DNA of 63,417 bases, filler included, from Octopus bimaculoides (lineage: Eukaryota), in assembly GCF_001194135.2 (NCBI RefSeq). It is 8 parts of 7 records of this genome, joined end to end, with 100 filler letters (N's around TTAATTAATTAA, not from the genome) between each part and the next. Parts side by side here need not be neighbours in the genome. Positions count along the whole stretch, not along the records: positions 50,830 to 58,693 come from NC_068993.1; positions 58,794 to 61,290 come from NC_068987.1; positions 61,391 to 63,417 come from NC_068990.1; 5 more parts are not named here. One strand, 5' to 3'. A program made the translations under genes and the position numbers. Below are positions 51,224-63,417 of the stretch, piece after piece (positions within the stretch are counted from its first letter, which is position 1; each line of letters starts with the position of its first letter). The notes beneath the pieces were generated by a model that worked only from the letters and a program-made list of their open reading frames with translations, made no database searches and was not told where the DNA came from.

Positions 51224-52574
51224 CCAAAGGACATATATTAACGTCCATTATTACTACTAACGGAATGAATATTTTGTCGCTTTGTTGGGAATAATAATAA
51301 AAACAAGATAAAAACACGTTTAAGTGTCATACAAAGGACAACAGTACTAGTATAAAGTTCCGCTTTACGCATTTCTTTATAGCAAGTTATCTTTTTCATA
51401 TTCATGTTAACATATGTTGTATATAAACTGTTACGCAAATATAAAGAAAAAAGTCTGATATTGGATTTACTCCAGATATGTTGCCGGTATTACAGACGTA
51501 TTTGAACGACATCAGATGGCAGAATGTCAAAGACGGGAATTTACATAAATGTTGGTATTTTTAAACGTGGTTTTTATGAAGTAACGTATAGCCATTGCAC
51601 TTATGTATACGTGTGTACGTATTTATACCAGAATATAGAAAACACGTTCCCTGGTTCAGCTCATCTCCAGATAAAATGCAGGTGGCATTGTGTTGATAGG
51701 AAGAAATTAAACATTTCTGCCGTACGTGTATATTGAAATATTTGAAGACGTTGCAGCTGCTTTTGCAAAATAACAGGAAACGCTAAAACAAGGTTTCTGC
51801 ACCACATTACTTTCAAACCGATCAGTGCGCGCGAGTGTGTGTGTATACACATACATATATATAAATCTTTACACAAACATACGTACACACATTCATATAT
51901 ATATATACATATATTACCCCTACCTCTACCCCCACCCTCAGCCTAACCCACACTCCACCCATAATTTCTCCACTCTCGCCTCCCCGCCTTCGCCTTCTCC
52001 ACCTCCCACCTCCCACCTCCCATCTCCCAACACTCACATCACACCACGCTACACCATATCACACAACACATCACTTCACAACACACCACCACGCACACAC
52101 TAGCACTGACCAACTCCCTTCCCCACATTTTCATACCTTCACACCTACGTACACACATACATACGTTATGATCACCAGCATTCTCTCACACACACGCAGA
52201 TTCTCGTCTTGGGTTCACCATTTCTTTGTTATCTCCCCTTTTTGTTATCTCCCCTTTATAATCTCCCCCTTTTCTTNNNNNNNNNNNNNNNNNNNNNNNN
52301 NNNNNNNNNNNNNNNNNNNNNNNNNNNNNNNNNNNNNNNNNNNNNNNNNNNNNNNNNNNNNNNNNNNNNNNNNNNNNNNNNNNNNNNNNNNNNNNNNNNN
52401 NNNNNNNNNNNNNNNNNNNNNNNNNNNNNNNNNNNNNNNNNNNNNNNNNNNNNNNNNNNNNNNNNNNNNNNNNNNNNNNNNNNNNNNNNNNNNNNNNNNN
52501 NNNNNNNNNNNNNNNNNNNNNNNNNNNNNNNNNNNNNNNNNNNNNNNNNNNNNNNNNNNNNNNNNNNNNNNNNN

Positions 52575-52641
<67 letters not shown>

Positions 52642-52689
52642 CATATATATAAAGCAAATAAATAACTCAATATATGCGATGTACTAATT

Positions 52690-53730
52690 AAAAGAATCTC
52701 TTGCACTTCTTGCATGGATGGTAAGCCAAGGATCATCCTCAAATAATTTTCAGTCTCTGGTTTGATAATTCCTGGTACACCTACAAGGAATAATGTAACA
52801 ATATTGTAACCGTCTTGATATACAACATCTTTTCAATTTCAATCTATAAATCTTTATATTTTCTGAGATTATCAAATTCTTTTGATCACAAGGTATGTTC
52901 ATGTTTGTCAATAAACAGACTTTCACAACAATATTTGGTTTATTAGCTTTGATGGTTCGGTCTGTATATTCTGGAAAGTCTCAAAGAGTCGCTACATTTT
53001 CTCCCTCTGTTACAGCCACATTTGTCAGCGGTTTTGATTTCATAATGCCTACATATTAACCAGTATAGATATTGGCCAACTATGTCATGTCTTGATTTAT
53101 ACTCCAGAGGTGCTAAAACCTTACACTCAGAGATTAGGTGGTTCACTGTTTTCAATCACATCGTCGCAGTATCGGTAGTTTGAGTCTACTCCATTTTTCA
53201 TCACATTGGCTTTGTAACTACGCGTCAATAATAAGCTCTGATCTTGAGCAGCTAAGATAAAACCTTCGCTCTCTGCCTTTAGCCCTGAGCTCCGTAGCCA
53301 CTAATGGGTGTGTTTCTGGTGGCCTACATCAGCCTGTTTGCTACAGGCCACATATTTGCCATATAGAGGTTTTTGTTCTTACCTATCAGCTACTTTTTCA
53401 TATGCTTTTCTCATTGCCGTTGATTTCCTCTCCTTTGCAACGACGGTTACTGCACTTCCATCATGCTGTTCAACCAGTCGTTAGATGTTATAAGATATTT
53501 GGCTTGTACAGTTGTGATGGTTTTGTAAGAGATTTCAGATTGGATCAAGCCTCGACCTCCTTGGGCTTTGGGAAGGTTAGGATGGTCTGCTTCAGCCTTT
53601 GTCTTGTCCATCTTATTGCATAGCAGCTTACGGATTTTCCTGTCAGTCTTCTTTATTTGGCTGATATTCCAGTTCATCACATTTATGGCTAATACCTTGT
53701 TATAATCAAGGAAACTATTAATTATTTTGC
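52690..53730 (-). mobile_element. R4/Dong-like LINE 3' portion: thumb, CCHC and RLE, degenerate
   Basis: KTDRKIRKLL...GGRGLIQ; TVNHLISECKVLAPLEYKSRHDIVGQYLYWLIC; TDRTIKANKPNIVVK (PD-D site decayed); VQEILLISTSHIL. Confidence 0.85.
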
Positions 53731-53929
53731 ATGGCCCCCACCATCCGAAAGCTGATATCAACTGGTTGTACTTGAAGAGGGACCAGGATGGAAGAGGTTT
53801 AATTGGTGAGAAAGAGTGTGTAAATGGAACGAAATAGTTTCCTTGATTGTTTGAATTTATGGCTAACACCTTGTTACATGCGTTTAACTCTCTTGTAACA
53901 TTCCTTTCTCATCACCTCTTTCATGCTTG

Positions 53930-53933
<4 letters not shown>

Positions 53934-53986
<53 letters not shown>

Positions 53987-54024
53987 CATCATCATCATCA
54001 TCATCATCAGCATCATCATCATCG

Positions 54025-54068
<44 letters not shown>

Positions 54069-54134
54069 GTCATCATCATCATCATCATTAATATTATTAT
54101 TACTATTATTATTATTACTATTATTATTATTATT
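53934..54134. repeat. Compound (ATT)n/(ATC)n microsatellite
   Basis: Read directly; source of spurious poly-I/L/S ORFs. Confidence 0.95.
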
Positions 54135-54328
54135 CAGTAGTCCTATTTTTAATCACGTGCTTTCACTGCACTATCGAGCGCAGCTATGTGTGCCTTGAGT
54201 ATGTGCTGTGCTTAGTTGTGATGCTCTTATTTTTACTGTATTGAAAGAGTTTTACGTAGGATGTGTGCGGTGCCTAGTAGTGCTATTTTCTGTATGTATG
54301 TTATATATACTTGTTAGTCCTGGTGTTG

Positions 54329-54330
<2 letters not shown>
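54130..54330 (-). mobile_element. 3' end of an R4/Dong-like LINE, flanked by (TAA)n on both sides
   Basis: Sister of 15776-15990; TPGLTSIYN then frameshifted QKIALLGTAHILRKTLSIQ*. Confidence 0.78.
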
Positions 54331-54395
<65 letters not shown>

Positions 54396-54719
54396 TAACC
54401 TAACCCGCATTGCAATATCTTTACTGAATACTCTCACTTTTAGATGAAAGAACCGAGGAATGTCTCATTTTTTGTATACAGTTTGAAGTCATTCATGCGA
54501 AGCAAGTGGCCTATTTTCATCTTAGATTTGGATAGACTCAAGACAGGCCTGGACTTTTTGTTATTCTACTTGTTAGAAGGATTAGTGCAATGATGAAGTG
54601 TAATGGGGAGAGAGCGAGTCACCCTGAAAAATGCCCCTGCGTATTTTCACGTTACCTAATGATTCATTTGTACATATCAATTCTATTTCCCTTTCTCTCA
54701 TTGCTTTCTCCCAAGAGTT

Positions 54720-55800
54720 GTTTATCTTCTTATTGACTGCGAGCGTCCTTAAACAGTCCAAGAGCCAGTGCTGTGGGACACTGTCGTAGGCCTTCCTGCA
54801 ATATATCCCTCTAAAAGCTACGTTCTACTTCCTTACTCGTACCTCATTTAATATTCTGCTGTTTGTATATATTAGATCAGTAGTTCGTCTTGATTTCTTC
54901 CTACATCCTATTTGATCTTCGCGCAGTAGGTTATTTACAAGGAAATTATATACTTCATCTGCTATGAGGCTAGTCAACAAATTCTAGAGTATTAGTAAGC
55001 AAGTAATAAGTCTATAATTGCTGAGTTCCCCTCTTTTTTCTGAGTCCTTCTGTATCAGCACTGTCCTTTTTGTCATCCATGATGGAGTTTCATTTTCTCT
55101 GTAGTCAATAAAAAACGGTTCTATATAACTGTTTATACTTGGGAGGTTTTTGAGCCAGAAACTCTGGACACCATCTGGTCCGAGGACTTTCCAGTTTGCT
55201 ATTTTCTTAATCATCTTTTTTACTTTCTTATTTGTGTTTGTTATGTTCTCTTGTGTCGCTCCATCTTCCACTTCTCTTTTAAATTTCTTCCCAGAATTTT
55301 AATGCTCCATCAGCTTCTAGCATACCATTTCTCTGACGCTTCTCTTTATTATTCAGCTGTTTATGGAATTTTCTTTTGTTGTTCTTAAAAAGTCTATTCT
55401 GCAGGTACTGATTTTTTTCTGTTGGTATCTAATTTTTTTTTTTACCCGGCACTGCTTTGATATTTTTTAGTTCTTTAACTATTTGCTATCTTTTGTGTCT
55501 TATGTCGTACTTTTTGTGCAGTTTCTTCATGTGTCTTTCCCTCACACTCTTGTCTTCTATGATTGTACGTATCTGCCCAAAGTCCCATTTTAGAGTGTTG
55601 CTAGCCTAGTTAAAGGGCCCCTTATCCTTCTGTCTAAATTTAACCCCATGAAGATGTTCTCTGCTGTTTTTGTTCTCGGGATATTCCTTATTATTGTTAT
55701 TATTACTACTGCCTATCGGCAGTTCTAATATAAAGATGTTATTTGGATAGCCGTTGATCCGTGGAAGTTCATCTTCCCTTAGATAGGTCTTGTTTTTCTT
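54720..55800 (-). mobile_element. R4/Dong-like LINE, N-terminal part of RT, degenerate
   Basis: NWKVLGPDGVQSFWLK...WMTKRTVLIQKD...NYRLITCL...DQIGCRKKSR...KAYDSVPQHW. Confidence 0.85.
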
Positions 55801-56158
55801 CCTGCGGGTAACCATATAGCAAGAAATATGCCCTCCTCATACAGCGAGCTCTGTGGAATTACCGGTTTAGTGGCCAACGGCCCGATATTTGCGATTCAAT
55901 TTGATGACTTCAGTTATTGTTGTTCTAAATGCACTGACACCGACGAAGACAGTATTAGCTTTTAAGGTCGTTTAACTTTCTTCAACCTATCAATGGACCG
56001 ATTGAGTTAACCGACTAATGAAGGAACTATAATGATTATCGGAAACGGCTGTAAATCGAATTTGCAACAAAAAAAATACGCAAAGACCATTATTTATACC
56101 TTGTCTGATACACACACACACGCACGAACACACACACACGCACGCACGCACGCACACA

Positions 56159-56204
<46 letters not shown>

Positions 56205-58651
56205 TGTGTGTAAGTGTGTATCTCTTATTGATATAGAAGAAACGAATGATTTAAACATTAGTGAAGAACGCAATACTGATCCTCCTAGAATTAAGAGCCT
56301 TGTGATATTTGCTCTACACCTAGTTTAATGTAGTCCCTTTGTTCAAACGACATTAAAAATTCAACAAGCCAATGGTTAGTCCGTTAGAAATCAGTAACAG
56401 AGATTCTCTTGTTTACCAATTGCCATATAAAAATGATAAATAGATGCAACCACTTAAATATAACCATGTTCGCATTTGAGATCATCTGACGTAGAAACAG
56501 ATGTATTCATATTTACGCTGGAGCAGATATGCATCCATACACATACAGCTACGTACATTTACATGTGAGCTCATACGCACATATAAATAGATGCATACGA
56601 GCAGATATAAACACATGTACAGAAGCACAACATATATTCACATATGAGCACATTATTGATACAGTCAGACACAAAACATACACGCATGAACATATATGCG
56701 GACATATACATATAGAGAGACACGTATTCACCAATCAGTTCTCACAAAAGTATCCTCTAACAAAAATATATACGCATCAACATATATAGATGTATATATA
56801 CAAATACGTACTTAAAGTTTACATGCACACATACAGACAAGTACAGACATATACATGAGCACATACATTCTTATAAACAGGCACACATTTTCACTTATGT
56901 TCACATACACATATATACACACACACACATACATTTCCAAGTTGTAGCAGGTGGGAAAAAGAAAAACACAAGAAACGAAAATGTAATCCACGGCGGAGAT
57001 ATAGAATTCAAATGAATTTGCTTTAATTTCCTCTTTGCTTCATGTTGCTAAGCAATGCTATTATCTTTCTTTCAGCAATTAATTATGTTTTCTCAATTAG
57101 GCATATCTTTCCGAGAAATTATTCCAGTCCATCAGTTCCAGCTATACTGTTCGCCGTTACATATCTTCTGTCAATATTGATTAGTGACAAGGTCGGTGGA
57201 TTGGCGGTATTGATAGAGCGTTGGACTAAATTCCTTGCAGTGCACAGTGTGTTACTTTTTACCAATGGATTTCGAGTCCTGTTATGTTTAGCTTCGTCTT
57301 TTATCTCCTCGGGGTCGAGGAAAGCAGTATCAACGAAGTACTGGGGATCCATTTAGCCGACTATAGCCATCGTTCAAATTTGTATCTTTACGTTAGTTGT
57401 CTGTATTGGTTACTAAGTTCACAAATTTGGTGGATAGATTAGATGGGTTCCAATATTTGATTGGTTATTAGTTTATCGATTCCGGGAGAATTAAGTAGGT
57501 ACTTGCATCTATAAATATGGATGGCCGAATTGATAAGCAGCAAGTATGAGATTCATATCAGATGTGTAGAAGTGATGGACTCTCAGGTCGATTCCAATGC
57601 TTAAATGTTCAGTTGTCCAATCAACTGGACAACCAATTGAATTTGCGTTCGAAGTGGCTCAGTATTCAAGTGAAACGTATACCCTTCACGTAATTCAGCT
57701 TGACACAAATGTCAAAAGACTGAACCGTTGAATTACTGATAGAGTACACCCAAAGGACTTCCAACAGTTTCCGTTTGCCAAATTTACTCACAAGGCTTGT
57801 GTAGTCTTGAGACTGTGGAAAATCTACTTGCCCTTGATGCTATTCAGTAGGGAGGAATTCGTGATGTCGTGGTTACGAAGCGAGCTTGTTAACCGCTCAG
57901 CAATGCGCCTGCGTACTTATGTGGGGGCTTCTATATGTGAAGGTTTGTGTATGAGTATATGTCTGTATGCAACGAATCACCATATCCGTACATGTAATAA
58001 TCCAGGAACAAGAGGAATTTATTCAAATATATTGAACATATTAAAGGAAAGAGACCCCACTGCTATAAATATACAATAGTATAACTATACAGTGGTATAT
58101 CTATAGAAATTTTCTTTCATATATCCTTCGCAAACCCGATAATATTCACTATTTTATTGTAAAATTCTAATATTTCAAATAATCCTGAATTGGTAAGGCT
58201 TTGTGTGCATTTTAAGCAGTTTTTGCTAAAAGATAATCGCATAGATCATATTTTTCATTCGGTGGTATATATAACGGAAAAAATTCACTCTATAAAAAAT
58301 TGATAAAAAGTTTTATTTTATACTTTATATCCATGCTTCTCGTTTGCATCAGTTATAAAAATACTTATCTCCATTTTTTAAACTTTTTAACATAGCATAG
58401 TGTGTGAAAAATAACGTTGCTTTGATGTACGCTTTTAATATTAAAATTGTGATTATTAATTTTTGTAAATGTCAATATTATTATTATATTCTGAATATGT
58501 TACGTTTAATATTTTTTGCACAAACTAGTTTTATTTCCGGCACACGCTACATTTATGATACTATTTCAGCAATGGATACTAACATTCCAAACAGAAAAAA
58601 CATACGTTAAAAGTTACCAATCAGTCAGTATATACCTATGCCTTCAAGATA

Positions 58652-58682
<31 letters not shown>

Positions 58683-58793
58683 TGTGTGTGTGTNNNNNNN
58701 NNNNNNNNNNNNNNNNNNNNNNNNNNNNNNNNNNNNNTTAATTAATTAANNNNNNNNNNNNNNNNNNNNNNNNNNNNNNNNNNNNNNNNNNNN

Positions 58794-58827
<34 letters not shown>

Positions 58828-59032
58828 CTTCAAATAGACCGACATATTTTTCAACTGCATCAATTAATAACCGTTGCAATTGCAGTTTCTTTGAGGTTTT
58901 CACTTTAATATCTTTGGATTTAACTGTTTAAAGATTTTCCTTTATCTACTCTGTGTTGTATGATGTGGAGCTGTTCGTAAATTTAGATGCGAACTACCTT
59001 TAATTCAGATTTTGATTAGATAATCACTTATA

Positions 59033-59695
59033 TACATGGTATGATCAATAAGTAACTGGACTGTTGTCATAGTAATACACTATGTGTTAATGTTGCCATT
59101 GTAACACACTAAGCTAAAGCACACAGAGTGAAATCGCTTGGCACAGATTGATCTTGAACTCTGTGTGCATGCACACAAAGGTTTAACGTTCTTGCTCACT
59201 TTCGCTGTTTACAACAGTGCTTGGAAGGAACGTGTGTAGCGTGTGATCATCGCTTTGAATATGACAGAGAAAGTGGAGCAGAGAATCTACATAAAATCTT
59301 GCTAAAAGCTTGGCAATACCTGCTCATCGTTCTCGACACAATCAAGGAGTTCTTGTGCAACTGAAAACCAGGTGTCTTCTTGGTCAGCTGAAAGCCTGAA
59401 AGCAGTTTTGGCACTAACTTGGCAAACACACGTCTCATACCCAAATCTAGGTAGGCCTCTGAACAGTTGCCGCTATGACAACTTTATCTGTCATGGTCAA
59501 TGCGACGATCAGACGCTACACACATTCCTTCCAAGCACTTCTGTAAACAGCGGAAGTAAGCTATAACGTTACAACTTAGTGCGCATGCACAGCAGAGTTC
59601 AAGGTCAATCTCATCCAAGCGGCGTGACTCTGCGTGCTTTAGCCTCGTTACTATGGCACCAGTCCGGATACGTATTGTACATACCAAATGTCGTA
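59033..59695. mobile_element. Non-autonomous mariner derivative with two 5' ends as long inverted repeats
   Basis: 59033-59274 and 59481-59695 are diverged inverted copies of terminus + 5' UTR + ATGACAGA(G/T)AAAGT; internal (+) MTEKVEQRIYIK and (-) DLGMRRVFAKLVPKLLS. Confidence 0.85.
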
Positions 59696-59952
59696 GTGAA
59701 ATCCACTAAAGTGGAAAAACAATATAGATTTCTTTCCCTCCTTGTCTCTCTTTCACGTATTTGAAAAGACACCGGTCGTTAAAAGAAAGGTGATTTGAAA
59801 AACGTATCATTCTTTTACAACATGGAAAAAATATAGCAAAAACTGAATAGTGCTCTGACCACAATAATTCCATTCTGGATTATCTCGGCGTCAGCATAGG
59901 GCTCTAGTTACTATGTGATGATGGCTAACATCATCCAAGACAGATGTAACTA

Positions 59953-60013
<61 letters not shown>

Positions 60014-60731
60014 TGTGCGTGTGTGTGTGTGTGTGTACGCATATATNNNNNNNNNNNNNNNNNNNNNNNNNNNNNNNNNNNNNNNNNNNNNNNNNNNNNN
60101 NNNNNNNNNNNNNNNNNNNNNNNNNNNNNNNNNNNNNNNNNNNNNNNNNNNNNNNNNNNNNNNNNNNNNNNNNNNNNNNNNNNNNNNNNNNNNNNNNNNN
60201 NNNNNNNNNNNNNNNNNNNNNNNNNNNNNNNNNNNNNNNNNNNNNNNNNNNNNNNNNNNNNNNNNNNNNNNNNNNNNNNNNNNNNNNNNNNNNNNNNNNN
60301 NNNNNNNNNNNNNNNNNNNNNNNNNNNNNNNNNNNNNNNNNNNNNNNNNNNNNNNNNNNNNNNNNNNNNNNNNNNNNNNNNNNNNNNNNNNNNNNNNNNN
60401 NNNNNNNNNNNNNNNNNNNNNNNNNNNNNNNNNNNNNNNNNNNNNNNNNNNNNNNNNNNNNNNNNNNNNNNNNNNNNNNNNNNNNNNNNNNNNNNNNNNN
60501 NNNNNNNNNNNNNNNNNNNNNNNNNNNNNNNNNNNNNNNNNNNNNNNNNNNNNNNNNNNNNNNNNNNNNNNNNNNNNNNNNNNNNNNNNNNNNNNNNNNN
60601 NNNNNNNNNNNNNNNNNNNNNNNNNNNNNNNNNNNNNNNNNNNNNNNNNNNNNNNNNNNNNNNNNNNNNNNNNNNNNNNNNNNNNNNNNNNNNNNNNNNN
60701 NNNNNNNNNNNNNNNNNNNNNNNNNNNNNNN

Positions 60732-60770
<39 letters not shown>

Positions 60771-62092
60771 TATATATATGTGTGTGTGTGTGTATACATA
60801 CATGTATATTTAATATATATAGATGTGTGTGTATCTTGAGTATGTGCGTACAGATATATATATGTACGTTATAGTTACTATTATGTATGTATATAATTAC
60901 ACACGCACACACACACACACGCACGAACACACACACACACCTACACACACGTATACGCGTGAAGCATACCTACATATAGGTGAATACTGGTACACGACGA
61001 TACCTATAGTGTGTGCATGTATGTATATAAACATGTATATATTAGATTTATTTATTCAAAGCTAAGATTTTCCTTCATCTCTACTTTGAGTATATTGCGA
61101 CATACATATATATAGAAAATATATTCCGCCCGGAGAAAATCGTGACAATTCCGGAAATAACCGAACTGGAAATAAAAGTTTTCTCGACAACACAGAAGCA
61201 AAATGATCCAAGATGTTATCCGATTGATTAAATCAGAAATTAGATTTTTCATTTGTCTGTTTCAGAACTTTAATGATACATGCATATGTANNNNNNNNNN
61301 NNNNNNNNNNNNNNNNNNNNNNNNNNNNNNNNNNTTAATTAATTAANNNNNNNNNNNNNNNNNNNNNNNNNNNNNNNNNNNNNNNNNNNNATATATAATA
61401 CAAAATGGGACAAGAACGCAAAACATCCAGACAATTTCGGGTGGTTATTCTCGATATTGCTCCAATCTGGCCAGCCCCAAGGAAAAGCTAAGCTAAGAGC
61501 ATTAGATTCCTTGGAAGAAAGCAGTGAATGTATACGAAAACAAGGACGGAAAAAACAAAATCTTTCTCTTTTGGCCTGCCATTGTGCGTGCAACATCGAT
61601 ATTCCTCCCTGTGCCTGTGAAATCTTATATCCCTGCCGTAACCCTTTATTTCCAAACACGCCAGCTTAATTTAATTCGTCCTTAGTCGAAAGACATCTGT
61701 TGTTATGTCCTGTTATTATTTCTATTTTTATTGTATTTGTGTAACATCGTTCATTTTTTTCCCGTCTTTGTTTTTGTATACATTCGCTGCTATCGTTTTT
61801 GTATACATTCATTGATATCGTTGAAATAGAGCATTTTTCATATATAATACAAGCATGGAACACACATATACAGTACTCAGAATATCCCGGCAGCATCGGA
61901 TATAATTTTAGGTGATTTACAGCCATCGTTAATCAGGTGTTATGTTTGTGTGTGCTTTAGAAGAAAGTACCATTTTTTTCTTCTCTGTAATTGACACAAT
62001 AGCTGACGAATGAAGGCTGTAAATTGGATAAAATCATATCTGCTACTACCAGGGGACTCTTAGTACTGGGTGTGAGTGTTCCATGCTTGCAT

Positions 62093-62132
<40 letters not shown>

Positions 62133-62136
<4 letters not shown>

Positions 62137-62426
62137 CAAAATAAGCAACAAGGATATCCAGAGGTAATGCAGTACGATCGTTTCATGCAACTCCATTTAA
62201 TTGAACAATGTAATCATTACATCAATTTTAAATGCAGAGCAATCTTCAGCTGTAGAAACACATAGAATTTAATTAAATTAGAACAGATGGACACATTAGC
62301 ATAATAATACCTAAAATCTCCCAGAGGTTAGGGAGGGAGACAGAGAACATCTTGCTTTAGCCACACCATGGAAGCTAATAAATAAAGATTTTAATCACCT
62401 TACTTTGAAATTGTATGGATAATACG

Positions 62427-62430
<4 letters not shown>
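62133..62430 (-). mobile_element. ~300-bp element between two (TA)n arrays carrying a hammerhead motif (Penelope-like LTR relic)
   Basis: (TA)n ends at 62132 and restarts at 62431; shares CTCCATTTAATT...CATT(A/G)CATCAATTT with 27640-27685. Confidence 0.6.
62168..62254 (-). ncRNA. Minimal type-I hammerhead ribozyme motif with canonical core
   Basis: TACAG-CTGAAGA-(long hairpin)-GAAAC-GATC-GTA-CTGCA: CUGANGA and GAAA cores, stem I 4 of 5 bp, palindromic ACGAUCGU stem III, GUA triplet. Confidence 0.72.
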
Positions 62431-62459
<29 letters not shown>

Positions 62460-62849
62460 NNNNNNNNNNNNNNNNNNNNNNNNNNNNNNNNNNNNNNNNN
62501 NNNNNNNNNNNNNNNNNNNNNNNNNNNNNNNNNNNNNNNNNNNNNNNNNNNNNNNNNNNNNNNNNNNNNNNNNNNNNNNNNNNNNNNNNNNNNNNNNNNN
62601 NNNNNNNNNNNNNNNNNNNNNNNNNNNNNNNNNNNNNNNNNNNNNNNNNNNNNNNNNNNNNNNNNNNNNNNNNNNNNNNNNNNNNNNNNNNNNNNNNNNN
62701 NNNNNNNNNNNNNNNNNNNNNNNNNNNNNNNNNNNNNNNNNNNNNNNNNNNNNNNNNNNNNNNNNNNNNNNNNNNNNNNNNNNNNNNNNNNNNNNNNNNN
62801 NNNNNNNNNNNNNNNNNNNNNNNNNNNNNNNNNNGTATTCATGTATGTG

Positions 62850-62880
62850 TAGATAGATAGATAGATAGATAGATAGATAT

Positions 62881-62942
<62 letters not shown>
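62850..62942. repeat. (GATA)n microsatellite
   Basis: Read directly. Other long arrays include (CT)n 1-50, (GGAT)n about 1642-1757, (AACC/GACC)n about 48440-48570, (CTA)n 48839-48925. Confidence 0.95.
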
Positions 62943-62943
<1 letters not shown>

Positions 62944-63373
62944 TATGTGCATCGAACGGCTTTGTTCGATGAAGAATTTCCTTAAAGTATACTATATATT
63001 ATTCGGTTTCAAAATTTTTAAATCGTAATTACAGATAAAAAAAAAGCATTATTAAATTCCATCATAATAATCGTAACCCCTAATCCTAACCTTTAACCTT
63101 AACACTGAATTATAAGGTACTACTTAAATTTCAGTCCCTACATATGATGGCTTTATCTTTTAATCATTTCAGTCATTCGACTGTGTGTTATGCTGGGCCA
63201 CGACCTTTAAGAGTTTCGTCGATCTCAGGACGTTTCTATAAGTTTGGTACTCTGGTACTTATGCTACTGGTCTCTTTTGCCAGACCGGCTGTCAAGCGGT
63301 TGTGAGGACAAACACACACACACACACATACACATACGCACGTATGTATGTATGTGTCTGTGAGTGTATGTGC

Positions 63374-63417
<44 letters not shown>

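Noticed and set aside
51476-51690. Short exon-like frames MLPVLQTYLNDIRWQNVKDGNLHKCW and YRKHVPWFSSSPDKMQ
   Set aside because: Weak donors and no recognisable homology; expected by chance in 63 kb.
57042-57356. Protein-looking ORFs MDPQYFVDTAFLDPEE (-) and MLLSNAIIF (+)
   Set aside because: The minus 5' part (GATCCCCAGTAC...TCGACCCCGAGGAGATAAAAGACGAAG) resembles a decayed family-B SINE; no splice support.
15715-61346. TTAATTAATTAA at 15715, 27015, 39741, 46402, 50774, 58738 and 61335
   Set aside because: Where counted, each sits between two 44-N runs making a 100-bp gap and gives stops in all six frames: an assembly linker, not a biological repeat.
61391-61700. (TA)n-adjacent element with CCAGA/TCTGG arms around GAAATTGTC
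   Set aside because: Looks like a Penelope-type terminus but has no CUGANGA-like core, so no ribozyme call is supported.
1-63417. Prokaryotic features (CRISPR arrays, operons, rRNA)
   Set aside because: No repeat-spacer array, gene-dense region or rRNA sequence is visible; the window is eukaryotic repeat-rich DNA.

Overview
AT-rich, intron/intergenic-type eukaryotic DNA full of microsatellites, N-gaps and decayed transposons. The SINE families, TTAGGG repeats and microsatellite load resemble an octopus (coleoid cephalopod) genome; this is recall-based inference, not a database result. No host gene could be identified by homology, and most ORFs in the supplied track are microsatellite or gap artefacts. 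Well-supported content: several tRNA-derived SINE families (some with perfect TSDs), a CR1-type LINE fragment, R4/Dong-like RLE-LINE fragments next to (TAA)n arrays, mariner and Tc1 relics, and mariner- and piggyBac-type MITEs. The most notable signals are (1) at least three families of minimal hammerhead-ribozyme-like motifs of the Penelope-like-element type, mostly bordered by (TA)n and one inside a ~215-bp-arm palindrome; (2) a locally templated 257-bp insertion inside a SINE; (3) a 178-bp inverted copy of a candidate terminal exon, which could form an RNA-editing duplex; (4) a mariner derivative built from two 5' ends; (5) phase-compatible exon candidates with an in-frame TGA. Seven TTAATTAATTAA 12-mers centred in 100-bp N gaps are assembly linkers, so adjacency across them is uncertain.
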